A stretch of 64,000 nucleotides of DNA. Source: Guillardia theta CCMP2712. Taxonomy: Eukaryota > Protista > Cryptophyta. Made by a program: the position numbers and the translations under genes. Location of the stretch: the NCBI RefSeq assembly GCF_000315625.1, contig NW_005434626.1, forward strand, positions 62,001-126,000. The letters run 5' to 3'. Positions 24,498 through 38,091 of this stretch are shown piece by piece (the stretch's first letter is position 1; each line of letters opens with the position of its first letter). The notes under the pieces are model-generated. The model did not search any database. It had not been told where the DNA came from and saw only the letters and a program-made list of their open reading frames with translations.

Positions 24498-26573
24498 CTC
24501 TATCTTGACTTAGCGAACGCGATGATCTCAACCTTCTAGACAACGAGATGCATCCGCCCTACTCTCTGCCGTCTCACAGGATGCAACAGAACATGTCGCG
24601 CCTCCCGATCCTTGGAGGTCAGCAACACTCGTCAGACCGGGTAGCTTGGGTGAGTATCATCCCGAAGAGCCTGACTAATCTATCGGTAAGATCAACCTAG
24701 TTTCACACGAGCTTAAGGAATGACGATAAAGCTTGTTGCTTCTCATCCCGTAAATGTCCACTATCTCATGGCAACCTCACCCTGACTTTCACTCCTTACT
24801 CTTCTAGTTGGGTTACACGCAGCGAACAAACATAAAGGGATCAGAAAGCCAGTTTGAAAAGTGAAGGGAGACATGGCAACAGGAGCACGAGTTTTGAAAA
24901 AATCGAACGATTAATGCAACAGGGCAAGAGAACTTGAGGTGATGAGTTGCAGTAAAGTTCCCTCACTCATATCAGAAGCGGCAGAAGTGGAACGGTTTGC
25001 TCTGACAGCACAAGCACCAGGAGAGGTGAAGTATGACGTTCAGAGGCAGAGCATAGCAGCACATGTGCTCAAGCAAGTGCGAGAAAACAGAGAGAGGCAA
25101 GATAAGCGTATGGATGAAGCAACACATTGTGATCCGCGAGAGAGTCGGTCTAACTGGAAGAGCCACGAGCAGGACGTAGAAAGAGGACGAGGCAGCAAAG
25201 CAGGTCCATGTTGTAAAGGATGCAAGGAAAGCGAGATGAGAAAAGGGCGAAGTCGATTATTGACATGAGAGAAGATTGCAAGTACATACACAGATGAGGA
25301 TTGAGGAAAGGGAAGGAGCAATATGATGAAGCGCAGTTGTTATGCGGTACAAAGACGAGCATAATGAAAGAGTTGGCAAAGAGGTGGTGGAGGAGAAGTA
25401 CAAGCAGGAAAGTAGCCATGGCATTGAAGCGTTCAAGAAAAGCTCTGCGAAGGAGGGAGAGGGCAGAGGGAGAGGAGGAGAGGGCAGAGGAGGGGGGCTG
25501 ATGTAGAGGAGCAGGAGCAGGAAAGCTGCTCAAGTCAGAGCGGAGGTTGAGGCGGAGGAGGCTCGAGGGGAAGATAAGATAGAAGGGACTTAAATTTAGT
25601 GAGAAAGGAGCTAATTGAGGGGTTAAACACCTTAATTTGAGCCAAAAGTAGCCCAAATCCTCAAACTCTACTTAATTTTGCCAGGAAGTAGGCTAACGCT
25701 GCCTGTGTTGTAAAGTTCTTTTTTTTTTAGCACAGCCAGAACTAAAAGATATCTTTTCGATCTCATTTTTTTTCACCCACCCACCTTTTCTCCCTTTTAC
25801 CACCCCTCACTTCCTCTGGGAGTCTCAACGTGACGCGTACCACCCCTCCTTTCGTGGTGTTCACACCCCCACCGGAGAGCGACGTGGAGAGCAGAGAATT
25901 TCGAGGATGGTGATGCGGGGATGAGGAACAAGAGGAAGTGGATGCAGGACCAGAAGAGGCTCCCATGGGTGATAAAGATGCTAATAGATCATGAACAGTG
26001 ACGAGAAATGATCAGCGAACATGAAAGATCAGCGTTACAAGACGCTGATAGATGATAGTAGGTGGTACACTGATAACATGTGATGATAGATGACGTAGCA
26101 AAATCTGATAGATGAAGCTGAGAAATGATGCAAGACGGTGGAAGATGGTGAAGGAAGATCAAAAAGAACAAGCGTGACAGGATGACGAGATGGTGATAGA
26201 TGATAATGATGGATTGTGAATGTAAAAGAATGTGATGGAGAAGGATACAAGATGGTACAATCAGAGACGCCGGTAGTTTCAGGCATTCAACTCGGCGTTA
26301 GTCGGTTCAGGTCAGTCGTGAACGAGGTCACCCAAAACAAGTCGTGCAATAGATAGGATGTTATCCGGGTAATCACTGGGAACTTGAGGGATGCGGCAGG
26401 GCAAACAGAGAAACTCAAGGTGAGAACAACAGGCAAGTTCCCGACGGAGATCGATGAAAGTCTGAAGGAATTCCCGTCTGACCACTAGAGGATCGTTTAT
26501 TTTTTATAGCCATGGAAGCATGGTTCGCACAACAGTCAAATGTTCGGAACAACAACATCAGCTTCGTATGCTT

Positions 26574-27924
26574 TTATCGTGGTGACATGTCAACCATTCC
26601 AGCGACCACCGATGACTCGATGCCGCATTCATCATCTCCTCTTGCGATCTTGAATGTACCTTTGTCACCCCAGTCCTCATTCCAGGAATTGGCGACCAGC
26701 CAGTACTTGTTGCCTGCCTCGACTCCCCATCTACGCAAGAGCATCAGTCAAGTGCAATGTTGGTGAGGGAATCCTGTACCCCATGATCTTGATCGCGTGT
26801 CCACCGAGCTCCGGTCCACTGACATGTCGATAAACACCACTCTGATAGGCAAGAAAGTCTTGGTAGACAGTGAAGGCAGCTTCCACAGGTCCTGCCGATG
26901 TACGTCAGTGAAGCAAATAAGCAAGCCAGGAGAATGCTTCATCACCATTCGTCATGATCTCGGCCTGAATCTTTGCTGGGCTTACGGAATAAACCGATTT
27001 GCCATGGTATCTTGGCTTCTTCTCGCTTGCTCGCACGCATTTGGGGGTTGGCTGGCTTGGACCACAAGGTTTGTAATGGGTCTTGTTGATGTGATGTTCG
27101 CAAGGGGGGAACACGTAGGGGTACTTTGATTCCGTCGTCAACCCATGCATCTTGAAGAACCTCCAGGCACCCGTTGGGAAACCGCCGTTGCATCCCATTC
27201 CGCATTGTACAAGGCAGCACGAGAGCATATCCTCTGCAGACAGTTCGTCCTTGACCGTCCCGTTGCTGGCGATGCACAACCTGTCACTCATCGCTTCCTG
27301 CGAAAGAATATCAACGACAACATCAACGACAATGTTTCGAGCAAGGAGAGCGCAAAGAGTCGGAGGATGCATCTTACCACGGCTCCAAACGCCCAGCAGG
27401 ATCCGCACGTCGACTGGTCGCGAATGTGTGCGATGGAAGGGCACTGAGGCCAGTTGGTGCGAGCGTCAAAGTTGTCTGGGATCTTCACGTTGGGATAGTC
27501 AAAGTCTGGAGGTCCAGCAAGCATGTCCTTCGGCTCCTTCAACGCTCCCATCCAGGTACGCACGTCACCGAGCTTGGTATTTGCAAACCGCTTGTTGGTT
27601 GTAGCTTTCCAGCTCTTTGCAGCATTGTTGACTTCATTCACTACAAAAGACATTGAGTTAGATAGTTTCACATCTTGAGACAAGACGAGGCTAAAGAGGC
27701 TCGAATCAGAAACATGAAACGCAAGGTAACAACGGTTTGTTTAGTCGCGCACAAATCTCTTCAAAACGCATCACTGAGGAGGCAAGAGGGAGACAGGGAG
27801 CAGAGAGATGGCGGCGAGGCTCACCGAAGTCTTCTGAAAGAGCAGGAGCCTCGTCGAGCTTCTGGTTCAGAGGCACGGCTGCCGCCAGCCCAAGAGCGCA
27901 GCACAGAACTGCTGTCCGCAGCAT
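26574..27924 (-). CDS. CTSB: Cathepsin B-like cysteine protease (C1A)
   Basis: Signal peptide [16 protein letters not shown]; [29 protein letters not shown]; GCNGG; occluding loop PCEHH; GGHAIKIMG; [13 protein letters not shown]. Confidence 0.95.
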
Positions 27925-28326
27925 CGCAGGGATCACACTTTTAATCATAAAAGTTATTTCCAGACGAAGGACAGCAGATGGGTAGGGAAGATACAATCAA
28001 AGTACCAATAATTGTAAAATTAAAACATTAAAATGCCCTCAACCTACCATGTGTGTTTTAAATATTTTTATCTGGCGTCCCCACCACACCCTGGTGATAT
28101 CAAACCACCCCCTACCCCCTGAAGACCTTGAGGTCTCAGCTTGACTTCCCTCACAATCCTACAATCTTCAGTTCCTCCTCCTTCCCCCTTCCCCGCTCTC
28201 CACCTTGCTCCTCCTCCTCCTCCCTCCTCCCTCCCTCCCTCCCTCCCTGTATCGCCCATACCTGCTGTAACGACGGTCTTCGCTCTGCCATAGTCTAGTA
28301 TATTGATGCTCCTCCATCGCAGGCAA

Positions 28327-31300
28327 ATGATTCAGTTGCGGGCTCTTGATGGGGAAGACCTCGCAGGGAGGCAAGAGGAGAGGCAAGAGCATCTTCCTCT
28401 TAACCCCTCGAATGGCTACATAGCGGATGCTGGCAGCTTCCTGGTAGAGATGAGGAGCCCACAGGACCTGATCGAGGGGAGCCTTGTGACACTGAAGGAG
28501 AACGAGCTAACGACATGGTCTAGCAGCGGCACACACCTGAGCTCCTTCCGAGTCGACAGCCATCACAGCAGTGTGCTGGCCGCGATGCTCCGCCTGGTGG
28601 CTAAGAAGTGGATTACTTACTCAGCCTACGTGAATTCTTGCAACGAAGCATGACAGAGGAAAGCGTGGAGGGAGGAGAATATGATGTGGACATCGGGTTT
28701 ACCATTCATCTGAGTGTGAAGCTCACGTACGACAGCATGAACAACGAGTTGGGACGAGACCTGCACGTGCTGGTCATGCATCTCGACACTCGCTGCCCCT
28801 GCAGGTCCTCCAAGGAAGGAGGTCTCGCGCAAGAGCTCAGAAGCTTGGAAGCGTTTCGAGGCGCCCTGTCACAGCTGAAAGAGAGCGATGACTCCGTCAA
28901 AGTGAGCCTCGCTCAGATCAGATGCAACTGTTTCGTCAAGGACTGCTGCTGGGATTCGCTGCATGACAACGGGCAAAACTTAGCTCCGCTGTTCAGGTTG
29001 GGATCAGTTTTGCTTGCCCTCAATAACCTGCAGCATGAAGATGTGCTTGATGAAACCAACAGAAACTCCACACCATCTTTGATGGTTCAAAGAAAAGGCT
29101 GTTCGAAAAGCGTGGATCTTGTCGATGGGGCTGAACTAGAGCTATGCATGTATGAAAGTGATGTTTGGAAAAGGGTGCGTGTAGAAGGCGTTATGAAGAA
29201 TCCGGACGGAAGTTTCAATTTCTTTGCTGACGAAGGCTCTGTGAAGCAAGAGCATCGCATGGTGGATTTGAAGCGGGTGTCAGGCAAGTCTTCCTACAGG
29301 ATGGCAGCAACAGACAAGAGCAACTCCAAGCCACAGCGAGGAGCTCTTGTGTCGGTACGATGGAAGTACAGTCTGGGCGCACGGGTGAGAAAGCTGGCTG
29401 GCGAGGTAGTCTTGTGTGGAAAGATTGTCAACATCTTGAGAGTGAAGAGATCTCAAAGCTTGAAGTATGAAGTGAGGTATGAGTCCGGTGAGCAGGAAGT
29501 GGTGTCCTTTCCACATAAATGCTTCGAGTGTGTAGAAGAATCCAGAGGGTGCACGTTCGTAAGGGATGCGTTTGTGGTGGGCATGGAGGACCAGCACGTT
29601 CTTGTGAGATATGCTTCGACAACCCTGGTGGAGCGACTGCTGCTCTCTGAGGTCCTGGGAGTTCGCGAGAGTATTCAGATGCCGATCCATGTGCTTCCTG
29701 ACGATGTTCTTGTGGTGCTGCTCGATCAGCTCGACCCCTTAGAGGAGCTGAGCGTTGCGGCGATGACATGCCGATCGCTCAACAATGCTGTACAGAACAT
29801 GATCCCTGGACTCAAGCTCACTCTCTATGGCCATCAGCGACGAGCAGTTGCATGGATGCTGAGGAGAGAGACTCGACCTGAGAGAATTTCAAACCCGAGC
29901 GTCGAAGAGTTCTGCTCCAAGAAGGGAAAAGATTTCTACATCAACCTCTGCAAGGGAGTGTCGCTGTCCTTTGAGGCTGAGAAGGAGGTGGAGGACGTGC
30001 GAGGAGGCTTTCTCTGTGACGAACCTGGCATGGGGAAGACCATCACTGTGCTCGCGCTGATCTTGAAGTCTCGCAGCATGAGAGGATGGAATTTCTTGAA
30101 CGCAGATGAGAGCGACAGAAGTAGCTCAGAAAGTCTCGGCATATCGCCTGGGAGGTTGACAAGGTTGTCAGCTCAGGCCCTGTCGCCTACCAAGGGTGTG
30201 GTCAAGTTTCCTTCTCGCGCAACTCTCATCGTCGTTCCTGGCACGCTGCTCCACCATTGGACGTACCAGATCAGTGCTCACACTAAGAGAGGCACCCTTC
30301 GGCTCCATACTGTGTCCAAGTCGTCTGAGATCCTCTCGGCCAAGGACATGTCGCGACTAGATGTCGTTCTCACCACCTTCGATGTGCTGAGCAAGCAGTG
30401 GAGTCTGGGGAGCCCAGTCCTTGGTTCACATAGATGGTATCAGCAGCAGCGAGTCCAGTCCCTCAAGCAGGGCAGGTATGTGCACGATTATGTGGGGATC
30501 GCAGACTTCAAGAGGAAGGTGGAAAGTGCTCAGGAGGAGACGAGGAATGGGAGTGAGTTTCTCAAGGTCAAGTGGAGGAGGATCATCCTCGATGAAGGTC
30601 ATGTTATGGGAGGAACCAACGAGACTAATCGTGCCATGATGTGCTCCAACATCGATGCTTCTTGTCGATGGATCTGCACGGGGACTCCGACGCCCAACAA
30701 CCCTGGGTCTGAGCTGATGCACCTCTACGGCCTCATGTGCTTCCTCCGCTCCAAGCCCTTCGCCAACTTTGACGTGTGGCGCCAGCAGGTGGTCCTGCCC
30801 TTCGAGTCCTTCGACTGCTCAGCTTGGGTGCGGCTGCACGCGATGCTGTCGAGGAGCATGTTTCGATCGCTCAAGGCTGACATGGAGAGGTTGGGGGAAA
30901 TTCCTGCCTGCAAGGTAGAGACGACGCACATCCGGTTGTCACGAGGAGAGCAGGAGGCATACAACGGGCTTGTCTCCATCATCCGCAGAAATTTGATTCT
31001 CGCTGAGTGCGATGACATCCGGATCGACTCTCTGCTGCACAGCAAGAACAGGAAGTACGCGCTGGAGGCGATCAGCAACATGAGGAAAGCGTGTTGCGTG
31101 ACGGGGCAGGTACTCGTGGGGTAGTCAAGTCGCGTTCCCTTGACGTTTGTGACAGTTCAAGATCGCGATCGTGAAGGCTCACCTGGACGAGTCTGTCGAG
31201 GTGATGCGCAGGGGACACTCGTTGCAGGACAAGGGCTGCGACTGCCCTGGTGAATATTTCGACATGAACTCTTCCAAGATGGTGGACTGCAGCGACAGAG

Positions 31301-32646
31301 GAGGAAATTGCCCGCTGCTAGCTGACACGTCTTGTGTGGTGCCAGAGAGGAGGATCATGAACGTGCAGCACGCGTTTGTGCCTGAAAGTTTCTCTGCTGG
31401 AAGAACTTCTTTGGTGGACCAGCATTGCTGCGTGTGCGACAAGTGCAACAAGAGCTCCATCTTCCCTTTCATCTCTCCCTGCGGTCATCTCATCTGTCTG
31501 AACTGTGTGGACGCAACTGCGATGCGCGTCTGCCCCATTTGTGCTCGCAGTTTCTCCCTCCGTAGCTTCGCTGACTTCCAGCCGTCAGTGGAGCAGTCGA
31601 ACATGACATGGAACCCCTCCTGGATCGACGACTTGTCCTCCAAGGTCGCTCTCCTCCTCGTTCGCCTGCGGCACTTCGGGTTCCTCCAGGTCCACAAGTC
31701 CCAAGAGATCTGGTGGCACAACAAAGTCCTGCGCCTCGCCAAACAGACGCGCAAGCACGAGAGCAAGAGCCCGCCGCAGCGACACCCGGCCGGCAAGTGC
31801 ATCGTGTACTCAAACTTCATCGAGACCATCGACAACGTGGCGAACTCGATCTCCGAGGCCATGGGCGGGGGCGGCAACTACATGCGCTTCACCGCCAACC
31901 TCAAGCGAGGAATGCTGGAGCGCAACGATGCCATCCAGCAGTTCCGAGACAACCCAGACATTCAGATCATCCTCATCGACAGCGCGGGAGCTCTTGGCCT
32001 CGACCTCAGCTTCGTGACGCACGTGTACCTGCTCGACCCGATCTGGGACAAGAGCCAGGAGGATCAAGTGATCAGTCGCGCCCACCGACTAGGTGCCAAG
32101 AGCTCGATCACGGTCGAGAAGTTCATCGCGACGGGGACGGTGGAGGAGATCATGGAGTTGTGGATGAAGGAAAAAACGCTCAGCAACGCGAGCAAGTCGG
32201 GCGAGAAACATGAGGAGACGGGCCGGAAACGAGTCCGCAACGAGGAGCAGAGGAAGGCAACTGAAGACAAGAAGATCAGATGGATCCTGACCAACGTCAA
32301 GCTGCTTCCCGAGGACCAAGACTCCAGCATGGAAGCGAGCTTAGAGGCTGCAGCCATGTCGGCCAGGCATATCTTCGCTACGGAAGATGCCGAGGAGGCT
32401 GAGATGAACGAAGCTGTGGAGGAGGAGGAAGTCCTTTCTGACTTGGAATCCGAGGGTGAGGAGGAAGCCCTTTCGCGCCGTGACTTCATCCCCGCTGATG
32501 CGGGGAGCTCGAGGCCGGGGTATGTGTTCAGGCCGGGAGAGCTCGGGTTGGGCTACTATCGTGATCTGGTCGAAGCCGGGCCCGCCGGGTCCGACGGCGA
32601 GTCATCTAGCAGAGGCGGCAAGCGAGTTCGGTTCGCAGAGATGTGA
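28327..32646 (+). CDS. F-box + SNF2 helicase + RING protein (At3g54460-like architecture)
   Basis: F-box IHVLPDDVLVVLLDQLDP; Walker A GGFLCDEPGMGKT; ILDEGH; TGTP; RING CDKC…PCGHLICLNC…CPIC; HELICc GLDLSF…EDQVISRAHRLG. Intron at ~31110-31154; start approximate. Confidence 0.9.
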
Positions 32647-33324
32647 GCAGGTCTGCATCCGATGCCAAGATGATGATGGACTCCCGGATCTTTGAGCTGT
32701 AAACTTGAAAATTAACGAATAATTCATGCAAAGCCACACTGCCACGGACGGTCAAGCCAACGTGGCACAGTGTCGGACCGTCGCAATCACGGCCGATGGC
32801 GGGGGTGGGCGCCCGGCCCGCCGCACTGCCAGCAGTGCGGCAGTCTACACCGTCACTGACTACATCTGACAGTTCGGCGCCCCCGCCTACCGCCCCGAAG
32901 ACTCGCGGCAACTTCTCAGCTTCTGGCTTCGGGGCCGGGCCGAACTTCCGAGCTTCGGAACTAGGCTTTCATAACTTTGAACCGTTTCAAACAGTTACAC
33001 GCCTCAGTGCTGACCCAGTACCAGACCCAGTACTGCAGCAGTACTGACCGGCATGTCCCCAGGATCAGCCATCAGTACCGGACAACACGTGGAACACAAC
33101 CCGCCTCACCATGAAAGTTTGAAATGCCAGCTTACTTTTTCAAAATAAAGAGGAAATATAGAACCATAACCTTAAATGTGAGATCCCAACGGTACCTAGG
33201 GAATGCAGGGCAGTCGCCGCCTCCTCCTCGTCCTCCCGCTCTTCCTCCAGATCGGCAGGTGAGAGGATCACTCCTCCCTGAGATTCTTCGCTCGGCATCA
33301 TCTCCAACTCCTGGAGCAGCTTCT

Positions 33325-34682
33325 ATGATGGCTCGCCTTGTGCTTCCCTTCACTCCCCTTACACTGCTTCTCTATGATTTCCTTGCTGTTGAGCGATGTA
33401 TTCTGAATCAATCTTGTAGCTTGGAAGCTTTCTCTTTCGCTCCAGTAAATTCAGCAATGAGATTTGGCTTGTCTTCTTCAATGCACCAGATTTCCTTGAT
33501 ACAGAGAGCAAGGCTGACACTTCGAGGAGGCCATGGTCTACGAATGATGGTCGATGGTCCTCGTGGGAACAATGTCCTTTGTGAGATGATTTTGCATTGT
33601 GCTTCACTTGATTTCGCTGACATAGCTGAAACTTTCAGATGCAAAAAGAGGTCAGCATGACGGAATTCTTGGAGATTGTCCGTACACACACAAGGCGCAG
33701 ATGGCAATGAAGGCCAAGGATCTGCAGTATGAAGTTTGCCTGGTAAACCTTTCCGACAAACCCAAGTGGTTCCTCGAGCTCAACCCCAAAGGGACGGTGC
33801 CGACGTACGTGACGGGTGAGAACTTCCTACCTGCTACCACTCCACTCACGTATGGCAACAGCTGAAGGAAAGATTTTGACGGAGTCTGACGACATCATCC
33901 AATGGTGCGACTTGCAAGAGCCAAAGGTTGAGAGAAAACATTGTGCCTGCTACTGTCTCAGAGACGCTGATGTTTGACCTTGCTGTTGAGCAGGACTTCA
34001 AGATGTTCCAACGACCTGGAGGGTACGATAAAGCAACCGTGTATTCGAAACAGACCCTGATCTATTGCTCCTAGAGACGAGGTTTGGAATGTTGCCAAAG
34101 AGGTTTTCCCAGCCTTCGGAGGTCATTTATGATCAAAGTGCATCAATCTTTTATTCGATGTGAATTGGACTTCAGAATACATGAAGAACAAGGACGTCTC
34201 GCGCAACGACGAGCTCAAGGCCAAACTTGACGCCAAACTTGCTGCACTTGACAGGTCGGTCAGCTACAAGTGTCTGCGCTTTGATCACCTCCATGTACAG
34301 TTTTTTGAAGGGTCGCAATGGGCCTCTTCTCTTGGGAGAGCAGGTGACGACTGATGCAAAGCATTCGCCGCGGGATCTGATCAAGACTGCAGATCAGCGC
34401 TGAAGACTGCAAATTGACTCCTCAATTGTATCACATCAGGCAAGAACATTCACCTCTATCCGTGGTTTTCCTGAAGCTTAATGCAGCATTGCTGTGCCAC
34501 ACTATGTGAAATATGATGCTCTCGAGAAATATGACAATATTAAGGTAAGTTCTTTTCGTCTTGTGAACATGGTTGATCGAACACTACAGAAATACCTCAA
34601 CTCCGCCATGCAAACCGACGCTTTCAAGAAAAGTGCGTACACACCAGAAACCGTGATCTGGGGCTGGTCGAAGTTCTTCTAG
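33325..34682 (+). CDS. DHAR: Dehydroascorbate reductase (DHAR, GST superfamily), probably plastid-targeted
   Basis: Spliced LGDCPYTHK…VNLSDKPKWFLELNPKGTVP…TESDDI…GPFLLGE…SAEDCKLTPQLYHI…IWGWSKFF; leader contains EAFSFAP and TLRGG. Confidence 0.85.
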
Positions 34683-34816
34683 AGGGGATGAACTCTGATG
34701 TGAGGAGTGAATGTGTAGGGTGGATGAAGGTATTTCTTGTGAAGTGCGCACAAGTTGGAAAGCAGATTGATTCATTAAATCATATCCTCGTAGAGTTAAA
34801 AATCTCGTTTGATCAT

Positions 34817-35512
34817 TCAGACAGCCGACTTCTCGCAATGCTGCACAGCCTCAAGAGGAATCATCGCCTCTTCTCGAACATCTCCCGAGATCTTCTCCCT
34901 ATTCATCCGGTTGTACAGCGGGCAGGAAGATTCTATCTCGCACCGGCAGCACGGGCATGTGTTGTGCACTTGCAGCCATTCAAACAAACAGTTCTCGTGG
35001 AAGGCGTGTGAGCAAGGCATCTTCTTCATGCTCCCTTGTAGCGCACACTGGCAGATCGCACAGTCACTTCCCGAAACCTCGGAATTCTCCGGCACTGGCA
35101 AAGCATGCATTGCAAAGGACGAAGCGCATGGGTTGCCCTTAGCATGCAAATCCATCGAACGACGACGAAATTCACTCAGAAAATAACCGGACAAGCCGCC
35201 GCAAGCAACAGGAAGTCGCTCCATCCGCTCGGGGAAGTTCAACACGATGGGCTGATTCAACAGCCTGCGTCTTGACGAAGTTGCCTGCCTAGCTGTGTAT
35301 CTGGGCTGGGTTGCTCCATCCTCCAACGGGCGCTTTCTAACTTGGCTCTGATCCTCCTGTTGGGCTTTCGGTTGGTGCTGCTCTGATGAAGACATGACAT
35401 GGCCAGCATTATTTTCCCTGACCGTTCTCCTCGTGGTCAAGGCACAGACAATTGCTCCATCCGAGATCAGTTCATCGGATAGTGTGTTGGGCGCTTCTGG
35501 AAAACTGCTCAT
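34817..35512 (-). CDS. RING-H2 E3 ubiquitin ligase
   Basis: CAIC…MPCSHAFHENCLFEWLQVHNTCPCCR; intronless. Confidence 0.88.
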   Translation of the reverse strand: MSSFPEAPNTLSDELISDGAIVCALTTRRTVRENNAGHVMSSSEQHQPKAQQEDQSQVRKRPLEDGATQPRYTARQATSSRRRLLNQPIVLNFPERMERLPVACGGLSGYFLSEFRRRSMDLHAKGNPCASSFAMHALPVPENSEVSGSDCAICQCALQGSMKKMPCSHAFHENCLFEWLQVHNTCPCCRCEIESSCPLYNRMNREKISGDVREEAMIPLEAVQHCEKSAV

Positions 35513-35897
35513 CTTAGTTTGGATTCTAGATAGAGGTCTGTTGAGGTGCTTTTGGTCTTGAATTCGTTGACGTTATCTCACTGCTGTTTCGGCAAGAAAC
35601 GAACAAATAAAGGTAGTCGATGTGAGGCAGAGGGAGCGATGAAGGAGAGGAATGGTGCGTGGATCGATGATAGAGATACGAAGCTTTTATGGAAGAGTGT
35701 GGTGTTGGCTGATGATTTATAGCAGGCGCGGGCTGCTGGATCGTCGGGGGAGTCGCGTGAGCGTCGGGGTTGGAGGAGGTAGATACAGGCGCAGGCAAGT
35801 GATCCACCACAGTGGGTGGGGTTATTTAGATAGGGTGGGGGTAGACGTGTACAGCCGAGAATATTAAAAAGGGGTGGGTAGAGAAAATTTGAAAAAA

Positions 35898-36820
35898 GGG
35901 GTATTCGACAGAAACGCGTCCAAAATCATGGATATAGGACAATTGGATAAATAGTACAAATTGTTTGGATAGTAACGCTTCTTGGATTATTTTAAACAGT
36001 ATGAAAATAGCAAACTCGGTACTAATTTAAGTTACATTTGCCCTTTACAAACAATTATTGCTAAGGTACCGTAGTACGACCCCGTACAAACTCTCCAACT
36101 TGGTACTACTTTCCCGCCAACAAATCTGGCCATTCCAGCACGCCGCGGACGCCGCGCCATGGCAGCTCTGCATCCCACATCGTTCATGCACCATGTTGAA
36201 ACCATACGTTCTCAGCTGGGGCTTTCCTCCAACCTTCGTATAGGTCAAGTTATCTCGAAGGGACATCAACTCGTGGGATGGAGGCTTGACGGGAACCTCG
36301 TGGAAGCGGCTAGTCGTCTTTATCATGAACTGGCAGACCAATCTATGCCTACTTCTCCCGCCACGGTCAATGTTAGTCACACAACTCTTGGGTATAGGAT
36401 GTCAGGCTGCCACAAGGGGGTACTGTAGACTTTCCTAATCGTGATGAAGTACCCCTCCTACGTATAGTATGTCAGGCTGCCAGGAGGGGGTACTGTAGTC
36501 TGTTTGGGGTATGACGACCACCCATGTGACAACCGATGTTCTCTGACAAAGGAGGGTGGGGGGGTGGTGGATTGAGGAGAGGTGGGGGTAATGGGGGGTA
36601 GTGAGAGTGAAGTGGAGGGGTAGTCGAATACAAGAATACTTTTTGTACCGTAATCCTAAAAAGGTTGTTAACAATTATTAATTGGTACCAGAGAGTACCC
36701 ACCCCCTCTAGATGTCTTTGCCTTGTTTGGACCGGTTAAGGCAGAGGAGAATATGCTTTAAAATAGATAAGATTTTAATCTGTCACCCAAGATTTCGGGC
36801 GCGTTTCTGTCGAATACCCC
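35898..36820. mobile_element. Non-autonomous TIR element (MITE-like), 923 bp
   Basis: 30-bp terminal inverted repeats with 2 mismatches: GGGGTATTCGACAGAAACGCGTCCAAAATC (35898-35927) and GATTTCGGGCGCGTTTCTGTCGAATACCCC (36791-36820). No clean TSD seen. Confidence 0.65.
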
Positions 36821-38091
36821 GAAAATTTGGATAAAACTATTCATGTAGATGGATTCAAAATCACGAGGGTGTTAGCTATAGGTAAATCACATTGAAGAGA
36901 AGCGAGAAATAGTAAGAAATATTTGAAAGAGAACAAGTATGGGTGTTTAGGCTTTGAGGATGAATTGAGGTAGGTGGGGGTGACAAAGGAGGCGAAAGGT
37001 TTGAATAGGTGGTAGGGTGGTGTGGGTGATGGAGGGTTAAGACGGGGGGGTAGGGAACGTGGAGGTCATCAAAGGGCTAGAGACGGAAGGAAGTCTATGA
37101 AATGGGGGTGGGGGTAGTGAATGGATGGTAAGTGTCTGATCACCTCTATTCAGTATTGGGGCAGATGGAGGGGTACCTGACATAAATGAGGGGTTCGATT
37201 ACTCCGGGGTTTGTAATGAAACGTTGAGGTTTAAAGGTCAGAATTGGAAGCAAGATATGAAGAAAAAGGCAGGCACAAGTAGAGTCGAAGAGAAGGAGTG
37301 GGGTGGTACATATCACCCACCATTGGATCAATCATGTGGTATTCTTGCTAGTGAAAAGAGGGGTACTAGAACAATAGACGCTGTACTCGCGAGTCCATGT
37401 GGGGTGGGTGTGGGGGACGCACGGGGGGGAGGCAGATGCGCGGGATATGCACGGGGGGTAGATATACTGACCAGGGGTGGTTTTGAGGGGTGAAAGTTGG
37501 GTGCCGAGAAATATATCGAAGATCACGTTACTCCGCGAAACGTTGTCTCTTCAGATGGTCAGAGGTCCATGACTCATCTGGCTCTTTTAGCCCAAACTAC
37601 CCCACCAGGGGAAGGTAGCTCAAGCACCCCCTCTATGTGCTCCCGTTATGACTTCCATGTCCGGCGACCTTTCAGTGATTATGATCATGTACTGTGACTA
37701 AAAATAGCATCACTTTACTACAAGGGCCCCCTCTTGTCACATGACAATCGTGCGATTGGACCCCTTTGATTCCAACCCTCTATTTGAAAGAGTGGCTGGT
37801 CCTGTTGTTTACTCAAAGTTAAGTGAAAAATCAGTACGTGGACACAGGAGAGGTACTACTAGTCGTCAACGACTGCATTGGAAAGAGTTAGATTCACTCC
37901 AGGTAAAACCGAAGCGTTTCGATTATGACTCCGACACGGTCTTGGCTTCGTGACCGCTGACTCCACCCGTCCGGGTCTCTCCGATGCCGAGGCAGACCTG
38001 CGGTGACTTCGGGCCTTAACGGAACCCGGTAGGGCCCGGCTGTCCGAGAGCGAATTGAGTGAAGGGACTAGTGAAACCTCCGACTGGATTG

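Noticed and set aside
24939-26300. Short ORFs in purine-rich DNA
   Set aside because: No recognisable domain or consistent exon chain.
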